Of a stretch of 64,000 bases of DNA, positions 1 to 9,716 are shown one piece after another; the first letter of the stretch is position 1; every line of letters begins with the position of its first letter. The translations under genes and the position numbers were made by a program. Location: positions 128,001 to 192,000 of the forward strand of contig JAUVNS010000002.1 in NCBI GenBank assembly GCA_030599585.1, read 5' to 3'. The notes beneath the pieces are model-generated. The model saw nothing but the letters and a program-made list of their open reading frames with translations. It was not told the origin of the DNA and ran no database searches. Source of the stretch: Promethearchaeota archaeon (lineage in GTDB: Archaea > Asgardarchaeota > Lokiarchaeia > Sigyniarchaeales > SOKP01).

Positions 1-2
1 AC

Positions 3-359
3 CCGGGACATGTATATACAATAGAAAGACACAAAGAGTTAGCAGATAAAGCTGAAGAAAGTTTAATTAATACAGGTTACGGAGATATAGTGACGGTTAT
101 TTGTGGAGACGGTACGTTAGGATATCCTCAAGAAGCACCATTTCACAAAATTTTAGTCACTGCATCCTCACCAAAGAAAGTACCTCCTCCCTTAAAGAAA
201 CAATTAAAAAATGGAGGAATTCTCTGTATTCCCGCAGGTTCAAAAGAATGGGGTCAGGATCTTTATATAATTTCTAAAAAAGAAAATAAATTCGATTCTA
301 AGAGAGTTACGGGAGTACGATTTGTTCCTTTGATTGGAGAATGGGGTTTTCCCGAATAG
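3..359 (+). CDS. pcm: Protein-L-isoaspartate O-methyltransferase, 3' part (truncated by window start)
   Basis: Frame open from position 3: VYTIERHKELA..GDGTLGYPQEAPFHKILVTA..QLKNGG..VRFVPL, typical PCMT motifs. Confidence 0.9.
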   Translation, partial: PGHVYTIERHKELADKAEESLINTGYGDIVTVICGDGTLGYPQEAPFHKILVTASSPKKVPPPLKKQLKNGGILCIPAGSKEWGQDLYIISKKENKFDSKRVTGVRFVPLIGEWGFPE

Positions 360-396
360 AATTTAATTCCTAAAAGATAGGATTAAGATGTTAAGC

Positions 397-540
397 TTAA
401 TTAGGAGAAGGTTTTTTTAATCGTCCTTCCATTAATTTTTTACGAACATTTTGTACAAATTCATTGTTATCTATTCGTGTTTTTACAGATTGATTAGTGT
501 ACGTATAACCGTTTTGTTTTCCTTTTTTATTATCTCTCAT
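397..540 (-). CDS. Small basic hypothetical protein (47 aa)
   Basis: Manually read ORF MRDNKKGKQNGYTYTNQSVKTRIDNNEFVQNVRKKLMEGRLKKPSPN filling an otherwise empty gap; below the ORF-track cutoff. Confidence 0.4.
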   Translation of the reverse strand: MRDNKKGKQNGYTYTNQSVKTRIDNNEFVQNVRKKLMEGRLKKPSPN

Positions 541-694
541 AAATGTATAAACTACGAGTTTTTAATGAGACTATAGTTGTTATTGTACCCTTAACATATA
601 TAAAGCTATTTAAAACCGACAATTTTAAAAGAAAAAATCATGGTCTTAATTTTATTGTTCTAATTTGAATTCGATGTTAGAGAGTGAAGTGTGA

Positions 695-1384
695 TTAGTT
701 AGATTCTTCTCCAGTTTTTTTGAAAAAATCATAGTACTTATTCTGCTTTTTCTTCGTATCATCATCTAAGGGGACACCGAATTGCGGTTGAATAATATAG
801 CCCAAAATTATCGGTAGTACTGGGAAAGCCATTAACCAGAGGAATAATATAACATATTCTACTAAATCCATATTATATAAATCCTGGGTGCTCAAAGGGA
901 TTGTTATTCTTAAAACAAAATCGAATGTTTCATTTTGAACGAAAGTATTAGAAATAAAGGAGACATTAACAGACCCACTCCATATAATACTTTCATCTTT
1001 TTTCAATCGCACTGAAGAAGTGTATGCAAATTGTTCTCTAGGGGAACTCCAATAATGGACACTCGATTTGATCGGTGATCCTTTGGCGATAACAGTATAA
1101 TTGAAAAAGGTCATGCCAACAATTTCTACTGCACTACCCGTTGATAAATGAGCTGTTAAGCGATAGGAATATCTATCCGGAAGAGTATTATCTAAAGCCA
1201 TATCCATCTTCAGTTCCCCATATCCATCACTATAGTCGACGGTATAATCCTTTGAAGTGCTAACATGCCCGATGCCAAAAACTTCATCAAAGTTAAATAT
1301 AGCAGGAGTAGCTAATGCTAGTAAAAAAATGGTTAATACTGTAGAAAAAACAAAAGAATATTTCCTTATTTTTAATCGATTTAT
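695..1384 (-). CDS. Membrane-anchored hypothetical protein (N-terminal signal/TM, C-terminal TM plus basic tail); start probably upstream of the tracked ATG at 1207
   Basis: Frame stays open upstream of 1207 and encodes a signal-like segment (RLKIRKYSFVFSTVLTIFLLALATPA); C-terminal TM VILFLWLMAFPVLPIILGYII. Confidence 0.6.
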   Translation of the reverse strand: MNRLKIRKYSFVFSTVLTIFLLALATPAIFNFDEVFGIGHVSTSKDYTVDYSDGYGELKMDMALDNTLPDRYSYRLTAHLSTGSAVEIVGMTFFNYTVIAKGSPIKSSVHYWSSPREQFAYTSSVRLKKDESIIWSGSVNVSFISNTFVQNETFDFVLRITIPLSTQDLYNMDLVEYVILFLWLMAFPVLPIILGYIIQPQFGVPLDDDTKKKQNKYYDFFKKTGEESN

Positions 1385-1580
1385 TTTAAAAACCTTCCAA
1401 TTTTGCTTATAAATATATTTTGAAAGAAGAGATTTTGTATCCTAAATAGTTAATATTAAAAAATTTATGTATATTAATAAACTTTTATTTCAGGAATTTA
1501 CATTTAATTTTCATATCACTAATAACTAAAAATTTTTCTTACTGCTTCTTAGTAATTATCCCGTCAAAATATAAGTAAAA

Positions 1581-3767
1581 TTAATAAATCTTGATTGTAA
1601 TATTAATCTCCAGTTCTTTGCTAAGTTTAAACTGAGGTATCACATTTATACCTTGGTAAATTGTTTTGTAACCCTCATCAGTGAATGCATATGAAACAAC
1701 CGGAAATTTTAATATTTCTATTAATCCAGTATCTGCCTTTGTTTCGCTTTGTAGAGAATATTCAAGGTTTAAATTATAAGATAAATCTTGGGCTTTGAAA
1801 TGACTACCTGTAAATTGAAATGGTTTAATTAACTCATTTTTTGAATCATTTAAAAAAAGCAATTGGTTACTTTCCCATTGAAATTTAGTAGTATCTCCAT
1901 TAAAAAAGAAAGGAAGATCAATTCCCAAGTTCAAATTTGTTATGATATTTTGGACCAAATCTTCTTTTTCAGGTATTTTCTTGAACTTAATTTTTAGATT
2001 TATTTTAATTTGATTTTCCTCAACCTTTATTATTTTAACGATAGAACAAGGATAAATCTCATTCGAATCTGGAACGATTACGCTTCCTTTTTGTTCTAAT
2101 TCTATAACGGCTGAATTTCCATTTTTTTCATTTTTGATAACTAAAAATTCACCATCAACAAAAGATCCGTATTCTCTATATCGATCTGCTTCGATAGCTT
2201 CGAATGTCTCGTTCTTGTGATAAAATCTTACCCTTAACATATTTTTCTTAAACCTATCAACCATTATTTTATCTTTATCGACATCTTCGTTATCGTGATA
2301 CGCTTCAGGCCACCGGGTTAATGTGTTTAAAATATTATAGGATTTTGGTTTATAATCTATCTCAAAAATAGTACCTCCGTCTGAAGGATTAAGATAAATG
2401 TTCAAAAGATCAGATTCGATTATGATATCCATTCTACTGTCTTTGTTGAAGTCTATAGGAATGACTGAGATATATTTATTCTCCAAGGAAAGGAACTTCT
2501 TATTCAAACTGTCAATGATGATTTCAGAATTGATAAGATGAGTATAAACAGAAAACCGCAAAAATTGTAAATAGACTCCACCAAATAAGCCATGCCAATA
2601 GCAATCGTTGCATTGTGATTTATATATTTCTGTCCAAGCTTCTTTTATTAGTTTGTTAGCTTCATTTCTACTTTCTTGCCTCACTAACTTATCTAAATTG
2701 TTTTCAACACGAATGAGTTTATCTCTAACATGGAGCATTTTCTTATGCATATTATTTGATTCCGGATATTTCACTAAGTAAAATCTCCAGAAACCTCCTT
2801 TCAAGAATAGATAATCGTCCTGCTTTCCAGGATCCCACCTTAGATTTTCTCTAATATTGATAAAAGATTTCCTTAAATCTTTTGGTAAAACCCACGCTTC
2901 CATTTTATCATAACTTGCGGTTGGTAGATATATTAAACTTCTTGCATGATATTTTTCCATATATTCCGAAAGCGTAATAGACTTTATCCAGTTATTGTTT
3001 ATTATTTGGTCGAAGAAAGCGGGAATAAATGGTTTCCCATTGTCTCCCTCTTCATGGCCATGGCCCTCTACATAGCAGATTTGGTGTGTAGTTGCCCAAA
3101 CACCCATTTTTTCTGCATCAGATATGAATACAACGCACCTATCACCTTTTTCATCCGCAGCATTTTTCAAATATTCAATCGACATATATGTAGGCTTCCA
3201 AGGAGCCATATACCTCAAATACTCATTAATTGAAAAGACTCTTAATGTCTTTCCTTCATCCTCCGTAATATAGGAATAAAATGTCTCTTTTTCAGTAATA
3301 CCTGTTGAGCGAAAATGATTATCATCAACAATCACATATTTTAAGCCAGCATCGTGTAGGAAAGAAGGGTAATTCGGCTCCCACACTCTTTCCGACAACC
3401 AAGCTCCTTTCACTTCTAATCCGAATTCTTGTTTAATTAAATCAGATAGCTTTTTCATTTGAGCTATTCTATCGCGATAAGGGATAATTGCGAATATGGG
3501 CTCATAATACCCCCCTCCAATAATCTCGATTTGTCCTCTTTTTGCCATAACTTTTAATTTCTCAATAAAATCTGGCTTGTTCTCAAGGAACCATTCTAAT
3601 AAATTCCCAGAAAAATGTAGCGTGAATTTTATATCCTTATAATGGAATATATTGTCGATAAGGGGTAAATATGATTTTTGATAAACATCATCATAAATCA
3701 AAACCTTTTGATCAACCGGTTGATGAAAATGAAATATAATGGGAAAGTGAATTTGTTTTTCGGTCAT
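1581..3767 (-). CDS. GH57 alpha-amylase / 4-alpha-glucanotransferase (AmyA type)
   Basis: GH57 motifs HFHQP, GGGYYEPI, WLSERVW (catalytic E), DAEKMG (catalytic D), QCNDCYWHGLFGG. Confidence 0.92.
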   Translation of the reverse strand: MTEKQIHFPIIFHFHQPVDQKVLIYDDVYQKSYLPLIDNIFHYKDIKFTLHFSGNLLEWFLENKPDFIEKLKVMAKRGQIEIIGGGYYEPIFAIIPYRDRIAQMKKLSDLIKQEFGLEVKGAWLSERVWEPNYPSFLHDAGLKYVIVDDNHFRSTGITEKETFYSYITEDEGKTLRVFSINEYLRYMAPWKPTYMSIEYLKNAADEKGDRCVVFISDAEKMGVWATTHQICYVEGHGHEEGDNGKPFIPAFFDQIINNNWIKSITLSEYMEKYHARSLIYLPTASYDKMEAWVLPKDLRKSFINIRENLRWDPGKQDDYLFLKGGFWRFYLVKYPESNNMHKKMLHVRDKLIRVENNLDKLVRQESRNEANKLIKEAWTEIYKSQCNDCYWHGLFGGVYLQFLRFSVYTHLINSEIIIDSLNKKFLSLENKYISVIPIDFNKDSRMDIIIESDLLNIYLNPSDGGTIFEIDYKPKSYNILNTLTRWPEAYHDNEDVDKDKIMVDRFKKNMLRVRFYHKNETFEAIEADRYREYGSFVDGEFLVIKNEKNGNSAVIELEQKGSVIVPDSNEIYPCSIVKIIKVEENQIKINLKIKFKKIPEKEDLVQNIITNLNLGIDLPFFFNGDTTKFQWESNQLLFLNDSKNELIKPFQFTGSHFKAQDLSYNLNLEYSLQSETKADTGLIEILKFPVVSYAFTDEGYKTIYQGINVIPQFKLSKELEINITIKIY

Positions 3768-4029
3768 AATAACGATGTTATAATTTTGTAATATAACAAA
3801 ATTAAGAAAGAATACCTATAAATCTATTTGGATTCACTTACTTCGTCTAGAAGAAATCCTTAGAAACCTAGTTTCAAACCCTTAGTTATAATCGAATCAA
3901 ACTTCTAATGTGTATCAAAATAGAAAAACATTTTAAAACTCTAAAAATATTAAACATTTTAAGGAGATACATATTATAAAAAAAATACCCATGAAAACTT
4001 TAGAGAAATGTATCTTTAATTAAAACTGA

Positions 4030-5781
4030 GTGGTATTTATAATTATGAGAAATTTTTTTGATAAAAATTTGTTCCAAGAAGTATTTAATTCTAACGAGTT
4101 TAAAGGATGGCTTCTTTCGAGAAGATGGTTTGGTGATAAATCGTTTTTATCTAATTTACTATTTAAGGTATCTATTTACGATTTCAATATCATCTCGGAA
4201 CATATTTTTTTAACGATAATTGAGGTTACCTACGATGAATATTCTAAAAAATACTTCCTTCCGATTATAATCTATGAAAAAATTCAAGATATACTTGAAC
4301 CTAACGAAAATACAAGAGAAAATATTGTTAAACTAACTGAAAACACATTCAGCAAAATTCTAGCACTAAGCGTTCATGATAATACAAAAGAAAAGATAAC
4401 TTATCTGAATCTTATTGAAGCAGAGTATTGTGTTTTATTCTGGAAGAAAATGTTATTTGATAAGACGATATCTGAAACTTTCCCTAGCATGTCTTTAGAA
4501 CTCACACTATATACTGAACAGTTTGAAGACGAATTTAATATGTTGAAAGTACGCAATTTAATTGAAGCTAGTTTATACCCTGAACGATACGAATATGGGT
4601 TACAGCAGTTAGGTGGTGGGAACACAACAAATTTGTTATTTGCATTAAAAGTATCAAGTAAGAAAAATCCGCACGAAAAACCTATTTCGTACGTTTTAAA
4701 ATCGTATAAAGACTTTTCAGGTTCCTTGGAACCAAGGAAATTGTTTGTGTTAGTGAAAAACAATTTTCCAAATGCTCCAAAAATATTTGGTATGATAAAA
4801 TTACACGATAGAGAAACAATTGGGATACTTGAAGATGTCCCAAATAGTGGAAATTTGGGAGATATATTTTGGAATGAGCTTAATAACATGATAAATTCGA
4901 TTTTTGGAGATCCTGATGGCGATGATCCCTCCTTAAGCGATAAAGATAAAATATCTGGATATATAAAAAACTACTGTGCTAATTCGTTACAAATTTCTGA
5001 AAAAATCGGATTCCAGATAAAAAAATTACACGAAGCCTTAATTCTACAAGATGATCCACTATATTCAAAGGAAACAGTCTCAAGCGTGGACTATTTAAAA
5101 GATTACACGAGCAAATTACTTGAGATGGTAGAAAAAATGCAAGAAACCATGAGTAGAAGTTCAGAAGGAGCTTTTTACTCCTCCCCAAAAGTGTTATCTA
5201 TTTTAATTGATATCAAGGATATAATTGAGAAATTTCGTTCAGAATTTAAAGCGGATACGATTAATATTCAACCAGTCCATCAAGATCTCCACTTCCAACA
5301 AATTCTTGTTAACAAATCTAACGGCGATTATATGTTCTATTTTATTGATTTTGAGGGAGATCCGCAACTCGACAACAAGAAAAAAGAACAGAAATTCCCA
5401 ATTTCCAAAGATTGGGGCAGTCTTTTAAGATCACTTAGCTATATTAAATTTAATACTCTGCTTAGATTTATTGAGGATAAAATAATAGATAAAGATAAGA
5501 TTGAAGTTCCAGCGGAATTCCTTTTTAATCTCTACTTCAGAAAATCTTCAAAAATCACGAAAAAGCACAAACTTTTGGAAAATGCCTTAAAAATCCTTAA
5601 TGTTTGGGAGAATAAATTAATGGGTAAAATTTTTGAACAAAGTCCAGATATTCACATCACTTTAATTAATTATTTTACGATTGATAGAATATTACATGAA
5701 TTATCTTACGAACTGCTTTTTAGACCTGACTCAATTCTTATTCCAATTCTTGGTTTGAAAGAAATTATAGATAAATATTAG
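4030..5781 (+). CDS. Maltokinase-like protein (Mak/Pep2, APH-like kinase fold)
   Basis: N-cap WLLSRRWFGDK; HQDLHFQQIL; IDFEGDP; D..LLRSLSY; ELSYELLFRP..IPI. Confidence 0.8.
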   Translation: MVFIIMRNFFDKNLFQEVFNSNEFKGWLLSRRWFGDKSFLSNLLFKVSIYDFNIISEHIFLTIIEVTYDEYSKKYFLPIIIYEKIQDILEPNENTRENIVKLTENTFSKILALSVHDNTKEKITYLNLIEAEYCVLFWKKMLFDKTISETFPSMSLELTLYTEQFEDEFNMLKVRNLIEASLYPERYEYGLQQLGGGNTTNLLFALKVSSKKNPHEKPISYVLKSYKDFSGSLEPRKLFVLVKNNFPNAPKIFGMIKLHDRETIGILEDVPNSGNLGDIFWNELNNMINSIFGDPDGDDPSLSDKDKISGYIKNYCANSLQISEKIGFQIKKLHEALILQDDPLYSKETVSSVDYLKDYTSKLLEMVEKMQETMSRSSEGAFYSSPKVLSILIDIKDIIEKFRSEFKADTINIQPVHQDLHFQQILVNKSNGDYMFYFIDFEGDPQLDNKKKEQKFPISKDWGSLLRSLSYIKFNTLLRFIEDKIIDKDKIEVPAEFLFNLYFRKSSKITKKHKLLENALKILNVWENKLMGKIFEQSPDIHITLINYFTIDRILHELSYELLFRPDSILIPILGLKEIIDKY

Positions 5782-5797
5782 TTTATTGCTTTAATTT

Positions 5798-6406
5798 TTA
5801 TTTTTCTTTATTGATTCTAGCGAACTCATAAGAATAATGAGAAGAGGAGATATCTAATTGTTTAATCTGATTTTTATACTTCTGTCGTAGACTCTTATTT
5901 CCTTTCATTTCTTCTTCAATGTAATTAGGATTCAATTCTTTTTGTTCAAATAACCGCCATAGAAAGGCTTCAGCAAATTTAACTGGTCCAAATTTCTTTT
6001 CTACTAACACATAGTTGCTTTCATCAAGTAAATTATTGAAAAAGCCAAGATTATCGCAAAAATCAATTTTAAACTCAAGATCCTCTTGTTTTCCATAGAT
6101 TCTAGCAATGTCGTTAATAAATCTTCCTAGTTTATCTCCAAAGTTTATTTGATCCGTTTCCTCCATGCGTTCGAGAAGATTTCTAAGAAAACTCCTTTTA
6201 ATTACAACTAAATCACGATCGTTTAATGATTGAATTGTTGATTTCCGTTTTAAGAAGTATTTGCTGAGCTCTAAGTAATTTTTAATAAGACTATTTTTAT
6301 TGATACCCATTCGATCTTTCATTCTATCTAAATTTTCATTCAATTCTTGATCTATCCTTATTGTAATAACTTTGGTTTGCTTTTTTGGTTCAATTTCTTT
6401 GCTCAA
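5798..6406 (-). CDS. Ribbon-helix-helix (CopG-like) DNA-binding protein with C-terminal extension
   Basis: N-terminal VITIRIDQELNENLDRMKDRMGINKNSLIKNYL matches the RHH pattern. Confidence 0.7.
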   Translation of the reverse strand: MSKEIEPKKQTKVITIRIDQELNENLDRMKDRMGINKNSLIKNYLELSKYFLKRKSTIQSLNDRDLVVIKRSFLRNLLERMEETDQINFGDKLGRFINDIARIYGKQEDLEFKIDFCDNLGFFNNLLDESNYVLVEKKFGPVKFAEAFLWRLFEQKELNPNYIEEEMKGNKSLRQKYKNQIKQLDISSSHYSYEFARINKEK

Positions 6407-6459
6407 CGGTCATCACTTCAAATTAGATTAGTAGTAATGTTTGTATGCATTTATAATCG

Positions 6460-6485
6460 TATGCAACAATTGTAAGTAATGTAAC
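6460..6485. promoter_or_regulatory. Candidate operator, copy 1 (TATGCAACAATTGTAAGTAATGTAAC)
   Basis: 21/26 identical to 6873-6898; TGYAW boxes at 9-bp spacing; upstream of the RHH gene. Confidence 0.5.
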
Positions 6486-6872
6486 CTAACTAATATAATT
6501 TTGTGATCCGGTAGTGGGATATTTATGTGAATTTATCATCTTAAAAATTTGTCGCTGAGAATGAATATAACTACAGTAAAAGGCATTTACCATTATCAAT
6601 CAGCTTGTACCGATAAGTAATCCTAGATTGCGTAGCCATTTTGCCTAATTATTTTTGGATTAATAATAGTGTATAAAAATTTGCAACTCGTTAAATGTAA
6701 TTCTTTTTAAATAAACACCCTTTTGAATAAAATCAAGGATCACTTATTAAGCAAACATAAATTAAAAAAACGATTACACTATAAATCAATCAATTTAAGA
6801 AACTCTTTGATCAGATTGAATAAAGTTTTAATGATCCTACAATTTTGATAATTTTCATTTTACACTATTTCT

Positions 6873-6898
6873 TATGCATCGTTTGTAATTTATGTAAC
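6873..6898. promoter_or_regulatory. Candidate operator, copy 2 (TATGCATCGTTTGTAATTTATGTAAC)
   Basis: 21/26 identical to 6460-6485; upstream of the ArsR gene. Confidence 0.5.
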
Positions 6899-7021
6899 TA
6901 TTATAGTTAAATGTTATCAAAAGAATATTGAATTAGACTTATAAGGATAAGTTAACTTTGTAAATATGTATCCTAAGATCAAAGTTCTTCCAAGATTGTA
7001 ATAAAGGGTTGAAAATAATTT

Positions 7022-7402
7022 ATGGAGTTAAGTGAACCTAACCTATCGAGTAATGAAATAACAAACTCAGATATAAATGAAGTAGAAATCGAAAATGTTT
7101 TAGAATTAGAATTATTCGATGATACTCACAATTCATTAAAATCGAATGTTACTGTTGAAAATGTAGTGAAAGCACTTTCTTCACCAACGAGACGCCTTAT
7201 TTTACGCCAGATTCAGGATTCGAAGGAAGGAATGGATGTTTCTAATATTGCTTCATCATTAGGCATGACAGAAGCTAACATTTCTGCTCAAATTAAAAAA
7301 CTTCAGGAAGCGGGTTTAATTTTTTGTAACTATTGTTCTGGTAATCATGGAGTAAGAAAAATTAGTAATATAAAATTTAGTCAAATAGTTATTAATTTGT
7401 AA
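7022..7402 (+). CDS. ArsR-family winged-helix transcriptional regulator
   Basis: KALSSPTRRLIL..VSNIASSLGMTEANISAQIKKLQEAGLI..GVRK. Confidence 0.85.
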   Translation: MELSEPNLSSNEITNSDINEVEIENVLELELFDDTHNSLKSNVTVENVVKALSSPTRRLILRQIQDSKEGMDVSNIASSLGMTEANISAQIKKLQEAGLIFCNYCSGNHGVRKISNIKFSQIVINL

Positions 7403-7442
7403 CTATACATATTCCCTTTCACCGAATAATTTAGGGATAAAG

Positions 7443-8603
7443 TTAATTCTGCTGGAAGTTCGAAATCAACACGTTCTTAATGTTTTCAAAATGTCCTAAG
7501 TTAATCAACAGTAAATCGTTTAATGCATCTGTCAATCCGGCAATTTCTATTTTTTCAACAATTTTATAGTAAGGACTTTTTTTCAGACGTTTTATTAGAG
7601 CTTTATTTTCTTCAATTCCGTCCAATAAATAATCTCTACATTTAATTTCTTTGCTTCCTAATATCCTTTGAATAATAGCAAGCAACATAGTATCAAAAGT
7701 GACCCTTAGTATGATTTCTCGGTCAAAATCTTTTTTAATTTTAAACAGATAATCTTTTAGTAGTAAAATTGATTCTTTAAAAAGTTCAATTGAATCGTTC
7801 CCAAGTTTTTCAATTCTTTCCTTAAACTCAGCCTTTTTTGTTGTAAGTAAACAGATTGCTGAAACCGTTTGGTATTCAGCAACAAAATGGATGAACCTTG
7901 CCTTGGTGTTAAGCGTTGTATCTTTAGATTCAGCATCTTTTAGCAATTCGTCGAGGTTAGTTAATGATTTTTTGAAATAAGTAGAAATCATATAAAATTT
8001 TTCTGCCGCAGCTTCGAATTCTTTATTTAGTATTAAGAGTCGAGCTTGTTTTTCTTCTTCTTGATAAAGTTCGTCAAATTCATTGATTTTCATTACAGCT
8101 TTTAATATTAATCGTTTTCCTTTATCTTTTGTAATGTGAGATCGTTCAAGCGCTTGCCCCGCCTCTAATAGGAGTATTGAAGACAGGCTAGAATATTCTT
8201 CAGGATCTGATTCATATAAATAATTTGATGCGCTTTCCCAACTTTCACCAGCTGTTTCCCAGTCTTTCATTCGAAATGAGATATTACCTAGCTGGATTAA
8301 TAGTTTTGCCGATATCTCATATAGTTTTAATTCTTCAGTTTTTCGTATAATTGATTTCAAGCGATAAGTTGCTTGAATATTACTTTTAAACTGAGATATA
8401 ATTTGTGTTATTCTAATATATATTTCGTCTAACTTAATGTAACTTCCTAAATCAAGATGAATCTGAGCTGCTTTCTCGTATTCCTCAATAGATTCATTTC
8501 CCCTTCCTTTATCTGCTAAATCCTCAGCAAAATCAATTAATCTTATCGCTTCAGCTTCCATTTCATCTTTTTCGTCGTTATTATACATAATCAAATTCCC
8601 CAA
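7443..8603 (-). CDS. TPR / alpha-SNAP-like alpha-solenoid protein
   Basis: Repeated EEYEKAAQI / AGESWESASNY / AAEKFYMIS helical-pair motifs. Confidence 0.6.
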   Translation of the reverse strand: MGNLIMYNNDEKDEMEAEAIRLIDFAEDLADKGRGNESIEEYEKAAQIHLDLGSYIKLDEIYIRITQIISQFKSNIQATYRLKSIIRKTEELKLYEISAKLLIQLGNISFRMKDWETAGESWESASNYLYESDPEEYSSLSSILLLEAGQALERSHITKDKGKRLILKAVMKINEFDELYQEEEKQARLLILNKEFEAAAEKFYMISTYFKKSLTNLDELLKDAESKDTTLNTKARFIHFVAEYQTVSAICLLTTKKAEFKERIEKLGNDSIELFKESILLLKDYLFKIKKDFDREIILRVTFDTMLLAIIQRILGSKEIKCRDYLLDGIEENKALIKRLKKSPYYKIVEKIEIAGLTDALNDLLLINLGHFENIKNVLISNFQQN

Positions 8604-8736
8604 AATATTTAGAATAATCAGTTTAAATTAGATTTATAGGTCTATTAAGTAATCCAAATGCGATAGTTCTTTAGTTATTGTATAAAATTAAGCTTATTTA
8701 AATTTTGATACTAAAAAATAGAATTCTATTCAGGCA

Positions 8737-9618
8737 CTACAAATTGTCAAAAAGCCTGATATTCTCTTTTTTCATAACTTTTTTAAGCTCAATAGCCTGA
8801 TAGACAGACGCAAAGCATTCTTTTGCGTCTTCAATTGCCCCATAAAAAATAAAATTAGAATACCAAGAAGCAATAAACATTATACTAGCTTTCCGAGCCT
8901 TTGTGTGAAATTTTTTGTTTAATCTAGGCGAAGAATATTTAAAGAGAAAAAGAGTTGGTGCCGTACCTACAGGGAGTTTGAGAGCCCTGCTAACAATTTG
9001 TTGAGTTTCAAGGATGTGTGAGAAACTCTCAATATCGATAACTCCACCATCTATCCATATTTTTTCAACCCCTATTTTCTTTAAACCTTCTATGATGTTA
9101 GTATTTCCAGGTTGGTTATTCTCTGTAACGTAAGCGTATCTCTGTGTCGATCGCATGTTAGTAGGTCCAAGTATTAAAACCACGGCCGATGTTATTTTAT
9201 ATTTCTTGATTAACTCCGTTTCTTTTGTATTTTTGAGATTTGATATGGAGTTGTAAATATAATCCTCTGGTTTTATCCCTCGTTCGTTTAAATGCTCAAC
9301 TCCAGCAATTCTTGCTTCGAAACTGCCACCTAAAACAAAGGGAGGGTCATATAAATCTAAGTAAAAATCTAAATATTTCACCATTGCTTCAGGTGTTGTA
9401 GCAGAGATTTCGACTAAATCTGAGAGTTTATATTTAGAGGCTAGACTTTTTTGAGCATCGATTCTTTTTCTTGCTTTCGATACATCAAATTGTAGTCCAT
9501 TTTTTCTATCCACCAATGTTTGACCTTGGTAAAACATTGTACCGATTAAAATGGGAGGTAAGGTGAAATTTCCATACCCTAGCTTAACATTGCCGTATAA
9601 ATAATAGTCATCATTCAT
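8737..9618 (-). CDS. mtrH: Tetrahydromethanopterin S-methyltransferase subunit H-like (pterin-binding methyltransferase)
   Basis: PPILIGTMFYQG, IYNSI, LPVGTAP, FIFYGAIE motifs of the MtrH family. Confidence 0.8.
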   Translation of the reverse strand: MNDDYYLYGNVKLGYGNFTLPPILIGTMFYQGQTLVDRKNGLQFDVSKARKRIDAQKSLASKYKLSDLVEISATTPEAMVKYLDFYLDLYDPPFVLGGSFEARIAGVEHLNERGIKPEDYIYNSISNLKNTKETELIKKYKITSAVVLILGPTNMRSTQRYAYVTENNQPGNTNIIEGLKKIGVEKIWIDGGVIDIESFSHILETQQIVSRALKLPVGTAPTLFLFKYSSPRLNKKFHTKARKASIMFIASWYSNFIFYGAIEDAKECFASVYQAIELKKVMKKENIRLFDNL

Positions 9619-9716
9619 GGTTGCTTTAAAGCATAATTATGTATTTAAGAAATTATATTTCACATCAATTATAATTTATCTCATTTAATTGAGTAGATAC
9701 AACGATGCTGTTGATA

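Noticed and set aside
6571-6639. 22-aa minus-strand ORF (MATQSRITYRYKLIDNGKCLLL) upstream of the RHH gene
   Set aside because: Length expected by chance; no leader-peptide features
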